DNA of 64,000 nt from Gemmatimonadales bacterium (GCA_036004985.1 DASYQX010000073.1:10713-74712); one strand, 5' to 3'. Positions 8,679 to 18,208 are shown, numbered from the stretch's first letter. The notes: generated by a model not told the origin, from the letters alone. Made by a program: numbers and translations.

Positions 8679-9164
8679 TCACGGTCGGCGAGCCAACGCG
8701 AGCACCAGAACGAGCGCTCCGAGCGTAATGCCGACGTCGGCGACGTTGAACGTCCAGAATCGGAATTGGCCGATGCCGATGTCGATGAAATCGACGACGC
8801 CCACAGGCGAGCGTACCCGATCGACGAGGTTGCCGAGCGCGCCGCCCACCACGAGCGCCAGGCCGATCGCGGCGAGACGGTTCGCGGGGTCGGTGCGACG
8901 ATACAGCACGGCCAGAACCAGCAGCGCCACCGCGGTCAGGAACATCAAGGCCGGGCGCGAATGCCGCCCCAGGGACAAGCCCATCGCCGCGTCGGAATTG
9001 TACGACAGCGTCAGGCGTACCACGTCGCCCACGACGGGATGCGGGACGTACGCAGGCGCGAGGCGCGCCTCGGCCGCCCGCTTGGTGGCGCAGTCCGTCA
9101 CGAGGATGGTGGCCATGAGCGGCCAGAACCAGCGTGCCCGCCGACTGAAGGTCAATGGAGTCAT
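8679..9164 (-). CDS. lspA: signal peptidase II (lipoprotein signal peptidase)
   Basis: GALGNLVDR and FNVADVGI motifs, four TM segments, typical length of about 160 aa. Confidence 0.9.
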   Translation of the reverse strand: MTPLTFSRRARWFWPLMATILVTDCATKRAAEARLAPAYVPHPVVGDVVRLTLSYNSDAAMGLSLGRHSRPALMFLTAVALLVLAVLYRRTDPANRLAAIGLALVVGGALGNLVDRVRSPVGVVDFIDIGIGQFRFWTFNVADVGITLGALVLVLALARRP

Positions 9165-11414
9165 TTACAGCCGCATCTGTCGCAGGAGCGCCTGAAACCG
9201 CGGCTCGTCCCGGAGCGGATCGAGCATCGGATTCACGGCGAAGTACGCGAGCCACCCACGTCGTTCCGCGTGGGCCCGCTCCGCCCAGTCCAGCGCGCCG
9301 GACGCGTCGCCCAAGGCCAGGTGCAGCATCGCGAATGCCACGGGTGAAACGTAGTCGGTCCGCGCCGTGGCCTCGAGGTCGTGCAGGAGTGTCTCGGTCT
9401 CCTCTCGCTTCCCGGCGCCAGCGAGGAGCCATCCCAGCGTGGCGATCGTATACGCCGCTGCCCCGGGGAGCCCCAGCGCGTCGCGCACGACCCGCTCGGC
9501 CTCCGCGGCACGGCCCAGGTAGGCGAGGGCGGCTCCCAGCATGCGGTAGCTCTCTGCCGCCGTGGGGTTCATTTCGATGGCGCGGGTCAGGTGATAGCAC
9601 GCCTGGTCGTAGCGCCGTGCGTAGTAGTACAGCCACCCGACGCCGCGCCGAATGGAGACGGACCCTCCATCCAGCTCGAGCGCCGTATGTCCCTCGAGCA
9701 GTGCCTCCTCGTGCTTCCCCTGAGACGCCAGCAGGAACGCGAACCACTGGTGGGCCGTCGGATAGCGCGGGTCCAGCTCGATCGCGCGACGAAACTCGCG
9801 CTCCGCAGCGGCCCAGTCCCAATCATAGATGAACAAGCTCCAGGCGAGCGAGGCGTGCGCCTCCGCCAGCGTCTCGTCGAGCTGGAGCGCCTTGAGCGCG
9901 TACTCCTTCGCCCGCGCAAACCCCTCCGCGACCGGGACGCTTCGGTAGTCCAGCTGCAGCGCGTAGGAATCCGCGAGGCCGGCGTACGCCGGCGCGTAGC
10001 CGGGGTCCAGCGCGGCGGCCTGCTCGAACAGGCCAATCGCTTCGCTCGCCCCTTCGTACGTGCGTTTGTTCCACGTGTAGCGGCCCTTCAAGTACAGCCC
10101 GTACGCCTTGACGTTTTCGGTGTAGCGCCGGGGCACCGGCTCGGCAAGATCGGCGAACGAGGTAACGCGCAGCGTGCTCACGATCGTGCGCGCAATCTCG
10201 TCCTGGATCGCAAAGACGTCGTCGAGCTTTCGGTCGTAGCGCTGGGACCACAGCAGCCGGCCGTCGTCGGCGGAGGTGAGCTGGGCCGTGATGCGCAGGC
10301 GCTGGCCCGACCGGCGCACGGTGCCCTCGATGACGACCGCCGCGCCGAGCAGCGCGCCCACGGCGCGCACGTCCAGGGGCTTCCCTTTGAGCGCGAAGAC
10401 CGACGTCCGGGAGGACAGGCGGAGCCCGTCGACCTTGGCGAGGGCGTCGATCAACTCGTCGGTGATCCCGTCGCTCAAGTACTCATTGTCACGGTCGGGG
10501 CTGGCGTTGACGAACGGCAGGACGGCGACGGAGCGGGTCGCCGCGGGCGACGGGCGGGCGCCGCGGCCCTCGGCCTGGAGCGCCGCGAGGAATTCGGCGA
10601 CGCTGGTGAAGCGCTCGGCGGGGTCCTTGGCGAGCCCCCGGGCGAGCGCCTGCTCGACGGCGGCGGGGGCGTCCGGCCGCAGGGCGCGCACTGGGCGGGG
10701 GATTTCGGTCACGTGCTTCGCCATCGTCGCGCGCGCGCTGGCACCGCGCAGCGGCGGGTCGCCCGCCAGCATCTCGTATACGACACACGCGAGACTGTAG
10801 ACGTCGCTCGCGTTGCCGAGGTTCGACTCCCCGCTCGCCTGCTCCGGGCTCATGTATTCCGGAGTGCCGACGGCGATGCCGGCGTCGGTCACGACATCCA
10901 CCGGAGCCGCCATGCCCGGCTCGCAACAGGCGCGCGCGACGCCGAAATCGGCGAGCACTGCGTGCCCGTCCGCGAACAGGATGTTTTCGGGCTTCACATC
11001 GCGGTGCACGAAGCCGTTGCGGTGGGCGTAGTCGAGCCCCGCGCCGACCTCCTGCGCGATGCGCAGCGCGTCTTTCAGCGGAAGGCGTTGCTCCCGGTCG
11101 AGCCGCTCGCGCAGCGACCCGCCCGGGACGTGCGGCTGCACGTAGTAGAGCACGCCGTCGACCTCGCCCGAATCGATGAGCGGCACGATGTGCGGGTGGG
11201 AGAGCCGGGCGGCGATGCCGATCTCGCGCAGAAACCGCTCGGCGCCGAGCGAGGCGCTGAGATTGGGCCGCAGCACTTTGATCGCCACCTTGCGGCCGTG
11301 TTTCTTTTCTTGGGCGAGGTACACCGTCGCCATCCCGCCGTGGCCCAGCTCGCGTTCGACCGTGTAGCGGTCGGCGAGGGCGGCGATCAACGCGGCGCGG
11401 TCGCGACTGGCCAC
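9165..11414 (-). CDS. Ser/Thr protein kinase with C-terminal TPR repeats
   Basis: Hanks kinase motifs (HRDVKPENIL, DFG, SPEQ). A VLPFVN...DGITDELI middle domain is followed by multiple TPR-like repeats. Confidence 0.9.
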   Translation of the reverse strand: MASRDRAALIAALADRYTVERELGHGGMATVYLAQEKKHGRKVAIKVLRPNLSASLGAERFLREIGIAARLSHPHIVPLIDSGEVDGVLYYVQPHVPGGSLRERLDREQRLPLKDALRIAQEVGAGLDYAHRNGFVHRDVKPENILFADGHAVLADFGVARACCEPGMAAPVDVVTDAGIAVGTPEYMSPEQASGESNLGNASDVYSLACVVYEMLAGDPPLRGASARATMAKHVTEIPRPVRALRPDAPAAVEQALARGLAKDPAERFTSVAEFLAALQAEGRGARPSPAATRSVAVLPFVNASPDRDNEYLSDGITDELIDALAKVDGLRLSSRTSVFALKGKPLDVRAVGALLGAAVVIEGTVRRSGQRLRITAQLTSADDGRLLWSQRYDRKLDDVFAIQDEIARTIVSTLRVTSFADLAEPVPRRYTENVKAYGLYLKGRYTWNKRTYEGASEAIGLFEQAAALDPGYAPAYAGLADSYALQLDYRSVPVAEGFARAKEYALKALQLDETLAEAHASLAWSLFIYDWDWAAAEREFRRAIELDPRYPTAHQWFAFLLASQGKHEEALLEGHTALELDGGSVSIRRGVGWLYYYARRYDQACYHLTRAIEMNPTAAESYRMLGAALAYLGRAAEAERVVRDALGLPGAAAYTIATLGWLLAGAGKREETETLLHDLEATARTDYVSPVAFAMLHLALGDASGALDWAERAHAERRGWLAYFAVNPMLDPLRDEPRFQALLRQMRL

Positions 11415-11423
11415 ACCCGGCTC

Positions 11424-11873
11424 CTAGGGCCTGATGCCGCGCGCCAGCGCCGTCGCCGCGAACACCATCAACACGACGAGCCCCGTCTCGATGTCGCTGA
11501 TCAGCGCCATGCCACGGGCCGGGGCGGGATCGATGGCCTCGCCCTTGGCCGTGCGGGCCCGCCAGCGGACCAGGGTCACCATCGGCCAGACCTCGAGGGC
11601 GAGGATCAGCGCGAACAGCGTCATCTTGGCGTAGAACACCGGCTCCGCGAGGTAATACGCGCTTCCCTTCTCGAGGCCGGCGAACGCGCGAATCAGACCT
11701 GTGCCGATCCAGAGGGCGGCAGCGACGCCCCAGAGAGCGTCGGCGCGAAACACACGCCGCAGGCCCGATACGTCCAGGGTGCCGCGCAGCGCCCGCGCGC
11801 GTATGAAGACCGCGCCGAGGCCGATGGGAAGGGCGAGCAGGTGGAAGGCGGCGAAGAGCCAGCGGAGGGTCAT
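11424..11873 (-). CDS. DUF2214-like membrane protein
   Basis: MTLRWLFAAFHLLALPIGLGAVFIRARAL..., four TM helices. Confidence 0.7.
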   Translation of the reverse strand: MTLRWLFAAFHLLALPIGLGAVFIRARALRGTLDVSGLRRVFRADALWGVAAALWIGTGLIRAFAGLEKGSAYYLAEPVFYAKMTLFALILALEVWPMVTLVRWRARTAKGEAIDPAPARGMALISDIETGLVVLMVFAATALARGIRP

Positions 11874-11880
11874 GGCGGGA

Positions 11881-11886
11881 AATCTA
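11881..11886 (-). promoter_or_regulatory. putative -10 box TAGATT, 7 nt before ATG 11873
   Basis: Minus strand reads gACTAGATTtcccgccATG, with no Shine-Dalgarno sequence. Confidence 0.4.
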
Positions 11887-11920
11887 GTCGCCGCCACGAC
11901 GGCGTGCGCCCGGCGATGGA

Positions 11921-12424
11921 CTACCGGTCGGGCAGGCTCCGACCGGCCAGGAACTCAGCCGTCCAGCGCCCGTCGCGTATCTCGTCGAGAACGCTGTCAA
12001 CCGCGACGTCCATCACGATGCAACCGCGGACGACGCTGACGAAGCCTCCGTCGATGCGCATCCGTTTGGCACCCGCTGCGTAGGCTGCGGGGTTCGTCAG
12101 GCGCAGGCCGGCCAGCGCATAGAGTCGGGTCGGGACCGACCCGGTCGCCAGCAGATGGCGGAACACGCTGTCCCCTTGCTCGCTGCGGGCGACAACCTGC
12201 CACGCAAGTACCTCGGGTGGCGTCACACCCGTGATTCCCACGGACGCGGAGGAGAAACGGTCTGCGTCGCGCAACACTGCCGCTGCCAGGGCTTGCGGGT
12301 CCGACGTGGAGCGGACGGGTGGCTCGAACTCCGGCCGTTGCGCCAGCGGTGACTGCATCACGAGCATGACGACTCCGAACCCCCATCCGAGACTGGCGAG
12401 TTGAACCACGCGGCGGCTGACCAT
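11921..12424 (-). CDS. hypothetical secreted protein
   Basis: MVSRRVVQLASLGWGFGVVMLVM signal-like N-terminus. GGGAGGA lies upstream of ATG 12424. Confidence 0.6.
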   Translation of the reverse strand: MVSRRVVQLASLGWGFGVVMLVMQSPLAQRPEFEPPVRSTSDPQALAAAVLRDADRFSSASVGITGVTPPEVLAWQVVARSEQGDSVFRHLLATGSVPTRLYALAGLRLTNPAAYAAGAKRMRIDGGFVSVVRGCIVMDVAVDSVLDEIRDGRWTAEFLAGRSLPDR

Positions 12425-12531
12425 GGCGTCCTCCCGTTGGGCATTTGCTACCACGGTAAGAAGACGCCTTGTCACCCACCTGATGCACAGATTACAAGAT
12501 GCTGAACTGGGCGTTACGGGTTCCGCGACGC

Positions 12532-12888
12532 TCACCGCGCGTAGTGATCGGCTCCGAGGAAATGCAGGGACACGTACGGCGCGTCGCCCACCACCCAGCT
12601 GTCGTGCGGGTCGGCGGGAATGTGAAACAACGTCCCCGGCGTGAGCTCGACGATGCGCCCGTCCTCGAACGCGGCGACCGCCCGTCCCTCGAGGACCAAC
12701 CCAACGTGTTCGACGGTGCAGCGGGGGGCGCCGACGGTCGGTCCGACGTCGCTAGACCACCGCCAGCCGGGCTGGTAGGTCGCGCGGCCGATCGTGAGGC
12801 CGCCGAGGGTGACCAGCTCGAACCGGCCCTTGGCGAACTGCCGGATTTCGTCGGGCGCATCGAACCGCTTCAGGATCGCGTCGAGCAT
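12532..12888 (-). CDS. cupin domain protein
   Basis: 118 aa with a beta-rich GxxxH/E cupin-like core (EHVGLVLEGRAVAAFEDG...). Confidence 0.75.
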   Translation of the reverse strand: MLDAILKRFDAPDEIRQFAKGRFELVTLGGLTIGRATYQPGWRWSSDVGPTVGAPRCTVEHVGLVLEGRAVAAFEDGRIVELTPGTLFHIPADPHDSWVVGDAPYVSLHFLGADHYAR

Positions 12889-12891
12889 GGG

Positions 12892-13359
12892 TTAGAGTCC
12901 GATCAGGGTACGAATGAACCAGGCCGTCAGAGCCACACCGCCCACGACCAAGGCGCCATACAGCGCCAGGACGCCACCGGCCAGCAGGGCCACGAAGAGC
13001 CGGTCGGTTCTCCCGGCCTCGACCGGGTTGGCGGCGTGACGTTCGAGCAGGGCTACGTTCTTGAGGTTGGCCTTCCACACGACGTCGAAAGCGTCGCCCA
13101 CGACCGGGATCCCGCCGGCCAGTGCGTCGAGGGCGATGTTGGACGCCATGCGACCGAGCGTGGCGGGTGAGACGCCGAGGCGAACCGCTTCCACGAGCAT
13201 CCAGCCGGCGAGGACGCCGCCGGCGGCGTCGCCCAGGCCGGGGATGAGCCCGAGGAGGGGGTCGAGCCCGAAGCGGAAGCCGGTGCCCGGCACCGGGATC
13301 CCCGCGTCGAGCCAGTGAGCGAAGCGGCGGAGGTGTGTGAGGCGGGCCTCCGGGGTCAC
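12892..13359 (-). CDS. DUF4112 domain membrane protein
   Basis: LDAGIPVPGTGFRFGLDPLLGLIPGLGD...IPVVGDAFDVVWKAN is the characteristic DUF4112 core. Confidence 0.8.
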   Translation of the reverse strand: MTPEARLTHLRRFAHWLDAGIPVPGTGFRFGLDPLLGLIPGLGDAAGGVLAGWMLVEAVRLGVSPATLGRMASNIALDALAGGIPVVGDAFDVVWKANLKNVALLERHAANPVEAGRTDRLFVALLAGGVLALYGALVVGGVALTAWFIRTLIGL

Positions 13360-13363
13360 CGCT

Positions 13364-13738
13364 TCACTGGGCGTTTGCGGCGCGCGACTCCCGTTTGAAC
13401 ACGATGACCTTGCCCGTCAACTGCTCCTGCCGCGACTCATCGCCCCCGACCACGGTGATCGACGCGTTGTCGAGCAACACGGCTTCTCCGCCGAGCCGCG
13501 CTGCTTCCTTCAAGAGACGCTCGCGGGGTGTGCGCTCGAATGGCCATCCCCGGGACTGGACCGACAGGAGCGCGATGACCGTGTAGGGCTGCTGGGGCTC
13601 CTGCGCGATGAGCCGTACCGAGTCCGGGTGTGTCCGCGGTCGGGGCGTCGTATCGAGCAGGAGCACGTGTCGATAGCTGCCGCCGCAGGCCACGGCAGCC
13701 ACCAGCGCGACGACGGGGATGAAGCGGGACGAGGACAT
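13364..13738 (-). CDS. lipoprotein, unknown function
   Basis: MSSSRFIPVVALVAAVAC lipobox. GGAGG lies upstream of ATG 13738. Confidence 0.7.
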   Translation of the reverse strand: MSSSRFIPVVALVAAVACGGSYRHVLLLDTTPRPRTHPDSVRLIAQEPQQPYTVIALLSVQSRGWPFERTPRERLLKEAARLGGEAVLLDNASITVVGGDESRQEQLTGKVIVFKRESRAANAQ

Positions 13739-13879
13739 GGGGCCCTCCGTTCGGAGCGTTGCCGATCGGCCACGGGTGCACAACAGCCGCTCATGAATGA
13801 TACGCGCTTGGGACGACGGATGTTCACGGTGGGGGAGCGCAACGGCCGTACCCACGGCTCAGAACCGGTATCGGTGTCA

Positions 13880-13900
13880 TTGACGTCCGGTTGACGTCCG
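13880..13900. repeat. tandem direct repeat TTGACGTCCG x2 (11-nt period)
   Basis: TTGACGTCCGgTTGACGTCCG, each copy containing palindromic GACGTC. Lies in the divergent intergenic region between the lipoprotein and Uma2 genes. Confidence 0.5.
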
Positions 13901-13937
13901 CGCTGCATCCTTGCTCGCTGTGGAATCGGAGCGACGT

Positions 13938-13943
13938 TACGTT
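13938..13943 (+). promoter_or_regulatory. putative -10 box TACGTT, 6 nt before ATG 13950
   Basis: TACGTTtccgccATG, with no Shine-Dalgarno sequence. Confidence 0.35.
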
Positions 13944-13949
13944 TCCGCC

Positions 13950-14492
13950 ATGGCGCCAGCCGCCCTCCAGACGGCGGAGGACTTGCTCCACTTCCGGGAG
14001 CCCGGCAAGACCGCGGAGCTCGTCCGTGGCGTGCTGATCGTGCGCGAGCCGCCCAGCACCGGCCACGGCGCGCGAGCCGCACGGCTTACCCTGCGGGTCG
14101 GCGCGTTCGTCGAGCAGCACGGGCTGGGTGAAGTCTTCGCGCAGGACACGGGCTTCAAGATCGAGCGCGACCCCGATACCGTGCGCGCGCCGGACGTTGC
14201 CTTCGTGGCACGCGAGCGGCTGGCGCAGATCCCGGAGGCGGGCTACGCTGAGATCGCGCCGGACTGGGTGGCGGAGATCCTCTCACCCGGCGACCGGCCC
14301 GGCGAGGTGCTGGAAAAGGTGGGGCAGTGGCTCGGCGCCGGTGTGCGGCTCGTCTGGATCCTCGACCAGGTCCGGCGTGACGCGCGCGTCTACCGCGCCG
14401 ACGGGACCGTCTCGATCTTGGCGCTAGACGACGACCTCGACGGCGAGGACGTTCTGCCGGGCTTTCGTTGTCCGCTCCACAACATTCTCTGA
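13950..14492 (+). CDS. Uma2 family (DUF820) endonuclease
   Basis: The ...APDVAFV....PDWVAEILSP...K..Y...GV...W pattern is typical of the Uma2/PD-(D/E)xK family. Confidence 0.85.
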   Translation: MAPAALQTAEDLLHFREPGKTAELVRGVLIVREPPSTGHGARAARLTLRVGAFVEQHGLGEVFAQDTGFKIERDPDTVRAPDVAFVARERLAQIPEAGYAEIAPDWVAEILSPGDRPGEVLEKVGQWLGAGVRLVWILDQVRRDARVYRADGTVSILALDDDLDGEDVLPGFRCPLHNIL

Positions 14493-14686
14493 GGGAGCGC
14501 TCGCCACTCAGCCACGGCGGCGCGGCGATGTAGCCGTCGAGACTCATCGCGACCAAATGGCGCACGCGTCGCACAGTGGATACGCCGCCCAAAAAACGGG
14601 TGAGTGGAGTCGAGCTGTTGTCCGTGGGCTGAAGCCCCGGCTCGGACAACTCTTTGCTTCTGGTCATCACCGGATAAGGAAGGGGC

Positions 14687-15121
14687 CTAAACGAGCCGCT
14701 CGAGTTGATCCAGAAAGCCCACCTGCCCCGCGAGAATCTTCCGCCTCGCGGCGGCGATGCTGAACCAACCTCCGCGATCGATCTCCGGAAACTCCGTCCC
14801 CCTGAACGTGAACGTATTGCTGCGCACGAGCGCGGGATCGCAATTGCCCTCGAATGCCCACGCGTGGACCACCTTGCCACTGCGCTGCTTGAGCGGGGAC
14901 AGCGGCAGGAACGTAGCAGCAGCGGGGAAGCCCGTTTCCTCGGTGAACTCGCGACAGGCAGCGGTCAACGGATCCTCGCCAGGGCCGAACTCGCCTTTGG
15001 GGATGGACCACGAACCCTCGTCTTTGTTGACCCAGAACGGACCGCCGGGATGCACGAGAAACACCTCGAGGCCCGCGCGGCTACGGCGATACATCAACAA
15101 GCCGGCACTGGTCTTGGGCAT
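14687..15121 (-). CDS. NUDIX hydrolase
   Basis: Nudix box GEFGPGEDPLTAACREFTEETG. Confidence 0.85.
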   Translation of the reverse strand: MPKTSAGLLMYRRSRAGLEVFLVHPGGPFWVNKDEGSWSIPKGEFGPGEDPLTAACREFTEETGFPAAATFLPLSPLKQRSGKVVHAWAFEGNCDPALVRSNTFTFRGTEFPEIDRGGWFSIAAARRKILAGQVGFLDQLERLV

Positions 15122-15154
15122 GCACGAATCACAACGTTCGCCATGATGTGAGCC

Positions 15155-18049
15155 TTACGGGCGCCGCCGTACCGACCCCAACGTCCGATCCAGGAACCGA
15201 TTGATCGCGGGCACCCGCGCCTCGAGCGGCGGCACGTGGCCTCCACCGGGCACAAGCACGAGCTGCTTCGGCTCGCGCAACAGATTCCACAGCGGCAGCG
15301 CCCGCGTGAACCAGGGATGCTCCTCGTCGTCCCGGCCGTTCAGCAATAGTTTCGGTGCCCTGATGTAGGGGGCAAAGTTGAAATTGGCCGCCTCCGGCAG
15401 CGTCGGTTGTATCCGCTCGTCGATCCCGCCACCGATCAGCACGACGGCACGGAACCGGTCGTCCACCGCCGCAAGCGGCAGCCGCGATCCCGCGCCCCAG
15501 CTTACGGCCACGTACGCGAGACGCCGTGTGTCGATGTCGTCCCGCGTCGCGAGATAGTCAAGCCCGCGGCGTAGCTCGGTCGCATGCAGCACCATGAGGT
15601 CGCGGAACCGCACCGATGAAGACGGCGGCGGCTCCCACGCCGGCCCGAACGCGCGCTCCGCCATTCCTTTGAACACGATGGCGAGCGCGGCTCGACCCGC
15701 CCGAATGTTCGGCGCGATCGCCCATTCGACTTCTTCAGGCACCGTGCGCACCTGAGCGAATGCCCCCGAGCTGGCCACGTAGACCATCGTCTGAAAGGGG
15801 GACGTCGCCTGCTTCGGCAAATAGAGATAGGCGAGCGCTGTATCACCCTCGAGCGCCACGTAGCGGACCTTCTGCCGCGTCCAATCCGGTGTGACCGTGG
15901 TCTCGAACACTTGAGACTCGAGCGGCCGGTTGTCGTAGCGATAATGCGCGAGCAGCGCGGGAAACTCAGCCTCGGCCACCGGCGTGTAGTGCGGCGTGCG
16001 CGTCTCCACGGTAATCCGAAACGCACCTTGATCGTGGCCTGGGGCGGCAGGACCGGCGACACGCGCGCAACGGAATCCCAGCGAGGGCGAGGATGCTCCG
16101 GGCGCAAGCGCGCCATAGGTCGAATACAGATAGATCGGGTCCTCCCACGATCCCCCGGTGATGCCATACCCGTTTTGCAGCGGATTCGCGGTCCACTCCT
16201 TCACATTCCCGGCCATGTTGTACGCGCCGTACGTGCTAATCCCAAACGGATAGGCATCGACCGGAGCCGGCCCGCTGCTCCCGAAGTTGGCGCGCATACT
16301 CGTCGCACTGCCCGGGCCTACATAGCCCCATGGCATCATGACGCCCTCGGTCGTCGCGGCGAGACCGTTGCGCGCGGCCTTCTCCCACTCGAACACCGTG
16401 GGCAGACGCTTCCCCGCCGCGGCGCAGTACGCCGACGCCTCGAGCCAGCTCACATCGGTGACCGGATATCGAGCGCGCCCCGGCGGATACTCCTGCCCGC
16501 TCCAACCCCTCGGCCCGGGCATGCCACTCCGATCAGCAAAGCGCGCGAGCTCCGGCCGTCGATAGCCGCCGCTCGCCACAAACGCCTTGTACTGCTCGTT
16601 GCTCACCTCGTACGTGTCGATGAAGTAGTCGTCGAGCCGCGCCTCGAGCCCGAGTGGCATCTTCGGGCCCGAGAGGCGGTACACGCCGCCGGGAACCAAC
16701 ACCATTTGCGCGGGGGCTGAGTCCGCCGGCGTCAAGCGGACGGCAATCGAGATCGGCTGGCCGGTTCGAAACCCGTTCCGCTGCGGCCGGCTGCCGTGCA
16801 CGCTGGCCGGCGTCGCAACGGGAACGAAGCGTTCCTTCGTTATCAGGACGCGATAGTCGCCACGCACCATCCGGCGCTCCCGAATCGGCGTCTCGCCGAG
16901 CAAGACACTGTCGGCCGGACGGTCCGCTGCCTCGGGTGCGAACCGCTGCGCGTACACCCGCGCCCCGGCCGGCTCGCTCGTCACGGTCAGGATGTCGGCG
17001 ACGGTGGGCATCAGGCGTGCGACCGCGCTGTCTGCGGGCAACAGGCGCTCCGCCTCCGTCAGCGCCGCATAGGCTTGGGCGTAGCGACCCGAGTCGGCGA
17101 ACAACGTCGCGCGTGCCAGGAGCTCGCGCCCGCGCTCGCGGGCGGCGCGGCTACGTCCCGGCAGGAAGATGGCGAGAATCACCAGCAGGATCAGAACGCC
17201 GGCGGGAATGGCGTACGCCGGCCGCCGGACGAGGCGGGCGACGGAGCCGAGATCGGCCTCGGGACCGGCGTGGGGCAGCGCGGCGATGAATGCGGCGGCG
17301 CTGTCGAACCGCACCTCGGGTGCCTCGCTCAAGGCGCGGCGCACGGCGCGGTCGATCCCTTCGGGCAGCACGGGCCCCACCGCCGACCGCCGTGGCGGCT
17401 CCCCCGTCAGCAGCTCATGGAGCACGCACGCCAGCGCGTAGACGTCGGTGCGCGCGTCGATCGGACCCGCGCGCCCTCCCAGCATCTGCTCGGGGCTCAT
17501 GTAGTCGGGTGTGCCGACTGCGATGCCCGTCGCTGTCAGGCGCTCGTCCGCAGACTCCGCGACAGCGCGCGCGATGCCGAAATCGGCGATGACGGCGTGC
17601 CCCTCTTCGAGCAGGATGTTTTCAGGCTTGATGTCGCGGTGGATCACGCCGCGGCGGTGTGCCGACTCCAGGCCGTCGGCGACTTCGCGCGTGATGCGCA
17701 GCGCCTCGTCCAGCGGCACGGTCCGTTCGCGCTCGAGCCGCTGACGCAGCGACTCTCCCTCGACGTAGGGCATGACGTAGTACAGGAGGCCGGCGGCTTC
17801 CCCGGAGTCGAGCAGCGGCAGAATATGGGGGTGGCTGAGCTGCGCGGTGACCCTGATCTCCCGCAAGAAGCGGTCGGGGCCGAGGGCGTGCGCGAGCTCT
17901 GGCTTGAACACCTTGATCGCGACGAGACGATCGTGCTTCATGTCTCGCGCGCGGTACACGATTGCCATGCCGCCCTGGCCGAGCTCGTGTTCGACGGCAT
18001 ACCGACCGCTCAAGGCGGTCGTGAGGCGCTCGCGCTGCTGCAGGTTCAC
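15155..18049 (-). CDS. multidomain Ser/Thr kinase: kinase-TM-PEGA-FGE/SUMF1-like-alpha/beta hydrolase
   Basis: HRDIKPENILL/DFG/SPEQ kinase core. TM (AYAIPAGVLILLVILAIFL), PEGA-like segment, FGE-sulfatase-like region (VSWLEASAYCAAAGKRLPTVFEWEKAAR...GNVKEWT), and a C-terminal S9/DLH-like hydrolase. GTG start. Confidence 0.85.
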   Translation of the reverse strand: MNLQQRERLTTALSGRYAVEHELGQGGMAIVYRARDMKHDRLVAIKVFKPELAHALGPDRFLREIRVTAQLSHPHILPLLDSGEAAGLLYYVMPYVEGESLRQRLERERTVPLDEALRITREVADGLESAHRRGVIHRDIKPENILLEEGHAVIADFGIARAVAESADERLTATGIAVGTPDYMSPEQMLGGRAGPIDARTDVYALACVLHELLTGEPPRRSAVGPVLPEGIDRAVRRALSEAPEVRFDSAAAFIAALPHAGPEADLGSVARLVRRPAYAIPAGVLILLVILAIFLPGRSRAARERGRELLARATLFADSGRYAQAYAALTEAERLLPADSAVARLMPTVADILTVTSEPAGARVYAQRFAPEAADRPADSVLLGETPIRERRMVRGDYRVLITKERFVPVATPASVHGSRPQRNGFRTGQPISIAVRLTPADSAPAQMVLVPGGVYRLSGPKMPLGLEARLDDYFIDTYEVSNEQYKAFVASGGYRRPELARFADRSGMPGPRGWSGQEYPPGRARYPVTDVSWLEASAYCAAAGKRLPTVFEWEKAARNGLAATTEGVMMPWGYVGPGSATSMRANFGSSGPAPVDAYPFGISTYGAYNMAGNVKEWTANPLQNGYGITGGSWEDPIYLYSTYGALAPGASSPSLGFRCARVAGPAAPGHDQGAFRITVETRTPHYTPVAEAEFPALLAHYRYDNRPLESQVFETTVTPDWTRQKVRYVALEGDTALAYLYLPKQATSPFQTMVYVASSGAFAQVRTVPEEVEWAIAPNIRAGRAALAIVFKGMAERAFGPAWEPPPSSSVRFRDLMVLHATELRRGLDYLATRDDIDTRRLAYVAVSWGAGSRLPLAAVDDRFRAVVLIGGGIDERIQPTLPEAANFNFAPYIRAPKLLLNGRDDEEHPWFTRALPLWNLLREPKQLVLVPGGGHVPPLEARVPAINRFLDRTLGSVRRRP

Positions 18050-18112
18050 GCCGCTGAATCTGCGTTGCGCAGAGCGGTGCGCAAACCGGAATGGGGCCGG
18101 GAGGGGCTAAAG

Positions 18113-18185
18113 CTGGGGCGGGAGGACTCGAACCTCCAACTTCCCGGTTAACAGCCGGGCGGTCTGCCAGTTGACCTACACCCCA
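18113..18185 (-). tRNA. tRNA-Asn (anticodon GTT)
   Basis: Hand-folded cloverleaf: acceptor TGGGGTG/CGCCCCA, D arm GGTC..GACC, anticodon arm CCCGG-CTGTTAA-CCGGG, T arm GGAGG-TTCGAGT-CCTCC, discriminator G. CCA is not encoded. Confidence 0.9.
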
Positions 18186-18202
18186 AGAAAACGAACCACC
18201 GT

Positions 18203-18208
18203 TAACTT
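18203..18208 (+). promoter_or_regulatory. putative -10 box TAACTT, 7 nt before ATG 18216
   Basis: gtTAACTTaccctccATG, with no Shine-Dalgarno sequence. Confidence 0.35.

Noticed and set aside
18113-18185. tRNA-Asn as an integration hotspot or genomic-island boundary.
   Set aside because: No integrase, no direct repeat of the tRNA 3' end and no compositional shift were seen on either side. The flanking genes look like ordinary chromosomal genes.
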